Source of the DNA: Devosia nanyangense
GTDB lineage: Bacteria; Pseudomonadota; Alphaproteobacteria; Rhizobiales; Devosiaceae
Assembly (NCBI GenBank): GCA_016213505.1
Contig: JACRAF010000069.1
Coordinates: 136,316-168,315 of the forward strand
DNA: 32,000 bases
Reading direction: 5' to 3'
The position numbers and the translations under genes are program-made. Shown piece by piece: positions 31,389 through 32,000 of the stretch. The notes beneath the pieces were generated by a model, which was given only the letters and a program-made list of their open reading frames with translations, was not told where the DNA came from and did no database searches. Positions within the stretch are counted from its first letter, which is position 1, and each line of letters opens with the position of its first letter.

Positions 31389-32000
31389 TCAGGCTGCAAT
31401 GGCGACGCGCTGGCGCGTCCTGGCGCTCTCGATGGCGGCAAACACCATGGCGAGGCTGTTGATGTTGTCCGAGCTCACCGTCTCGGGCGCTCGGCCCTGT
31501 TCGATGGCGTCGATGAAATCGAGCAGCACGCTGGCATGCCCCAGCGTCTGGCCGGCGTCGGCGGCCGGCAGCACGGCGAGGGGTTCGAGCGGGCGGAAGA
31601 AGCCCTCGCTGCCGGCGACGATGCTGGCCTCGAACTTGTCCGCTCCATCCCAGAGCAGCGTCCCTTTGGAGCCGACGATGCGCCACGACGAGTCCCAGCT
31701 CGTATTGGCCCCTTCCGCGCTCCACGAGCCGCGATAGGTGAAGAGCACGTCGTCGGAGAATTCGAAGATGGCGTTGGCCACCGAGCCCTGCGCGTACCAC
31801 GAGCTCTTGGGGTTGGCCTCGTGGCAGTAGACGGCGAGCGGCTGCTTGCCCGAGACGTAGCGGGCGGCATCCAGGGTGTGGATCGCCATATCGACCAGCA
31901 GCACATGCTCCATCTGTTCGCGGAAGCCGCCGAAATGGGCGCCCACGAAGAAGTCGCAATGGATGGCGTTGAGCGTGCCCAGCGCCCCGCTGCCGAGCGT
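31389..32000 (-). CDS. Gfo/Idh/MocA-family oxidoreductase, C-terminal domain only (5' end beyond the window)
   Basis: The frame is open to nt 32000 (TLGSGALGTLNAIHCDFFVGAHFGG...), with the family's C-terminal alpha/beta domain pattern 'LLVDMAIHTLDAARYV'. Confidence 0.75.
   Translation of the reverse strand, partial: TLGSGALGTLNAIHCDFFVGAHFGGFREQMEHVLLVDMAIHTLDAARYVSGKQPLAVYCHEANPKSSWYAQGSVANAIFEFSDDVLFTYRGSWSAEGANTSWDSSWRIVGSKGTLLWDGADKFEASIVAGSEGFFRPLEPLAVLPAADAGQTLGHASVLLDFIDAIEQGRAPETVSSDNINSLAMVFAAIESARTRQRVAIAA

Noticed and set aside
1-32000. Search for CRISPR arrays, tRNA/rRNA genes, IS elements or inverted terminal repeats, integrases, phage genes, and toxin-antitoxin or defence genes
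   Set aside because: I found no repeat-spacer periodicity, no cloverleaf-like or rRNA-like conserved stretches in the short intergenic regions, and no ORF with transposase, integrase, nuclease or defence motifs. The window is metabolic and transport in content throughout.

Overview
This is a high-GC bacterial chromosomal segment that is almost entirely coding. Spot counts give about 73-75% GC in the left half and about 53-58% in parts of the right third. Stop/start overlaps of the ATGA and TGATG type are common, and the gene content looks alphaproteobacterial (inference only). I support 32 CDS in five blocks.

- **Block 1 (2-5009, +):** an amino-sugar (GlcNAc-type) utilisation cluster. It holds two CUT1 ABC permeases, a ROK-fold kinase without the ROK zinc motif, a GntR/HutC regulator, a single-SIS-domain protein in the slot usually filled by NagB, and NagA.
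- **Block 2 (4997-10062):** an FGGY sugar kinase divergent from an RbsBAC-type sugar ABC transporter.
- **Block 3 (10059-15697, -):** a ferric-siderophore uptake operon. It has two tandem paralogous binding proteins, two FecCD-type permeases, an ATPase and a terminal FhuF-type reductase.
- **Block 4 (15907-26069, -):** a tightly packed ten-gene operon, with a divergent RpiR/SIS regulator at 26311-27237. In order it encodes a NitT/TauT-type ABC transporter, a Gfo/Idh/MocA oxidoreductase, a COG3964-like metallo-amidohydrolase, an unrecognised 392-aa protein, an SDR, a second Gfo/Idh/MocA enzyme, a small VOC-like protein and an amidase-signature enzyme.
- **Block 5 (27265-32000, -):** a CUT1 binding protein and two permeases, preceded by a xylose-isomerase-like TIM-barrel protein and a Gfo/Idh/MocA oxidoreductase that is cut by the window edge.

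I found no rRNA, tRNA, CRISPR array, transposase, integrase, phage gene or recognisable defence or toxin gene. The best candidate for an undescribed system is block 4. It looks like an orphan catabolic pathway with two amide hydrolases, three NAD(P) oxidoreductases and a cytoplasmic protein of unknown family carrying a C-x59-CxCxxC signature. All family assignments come from reading motifs by eye and none has been checked against a database.
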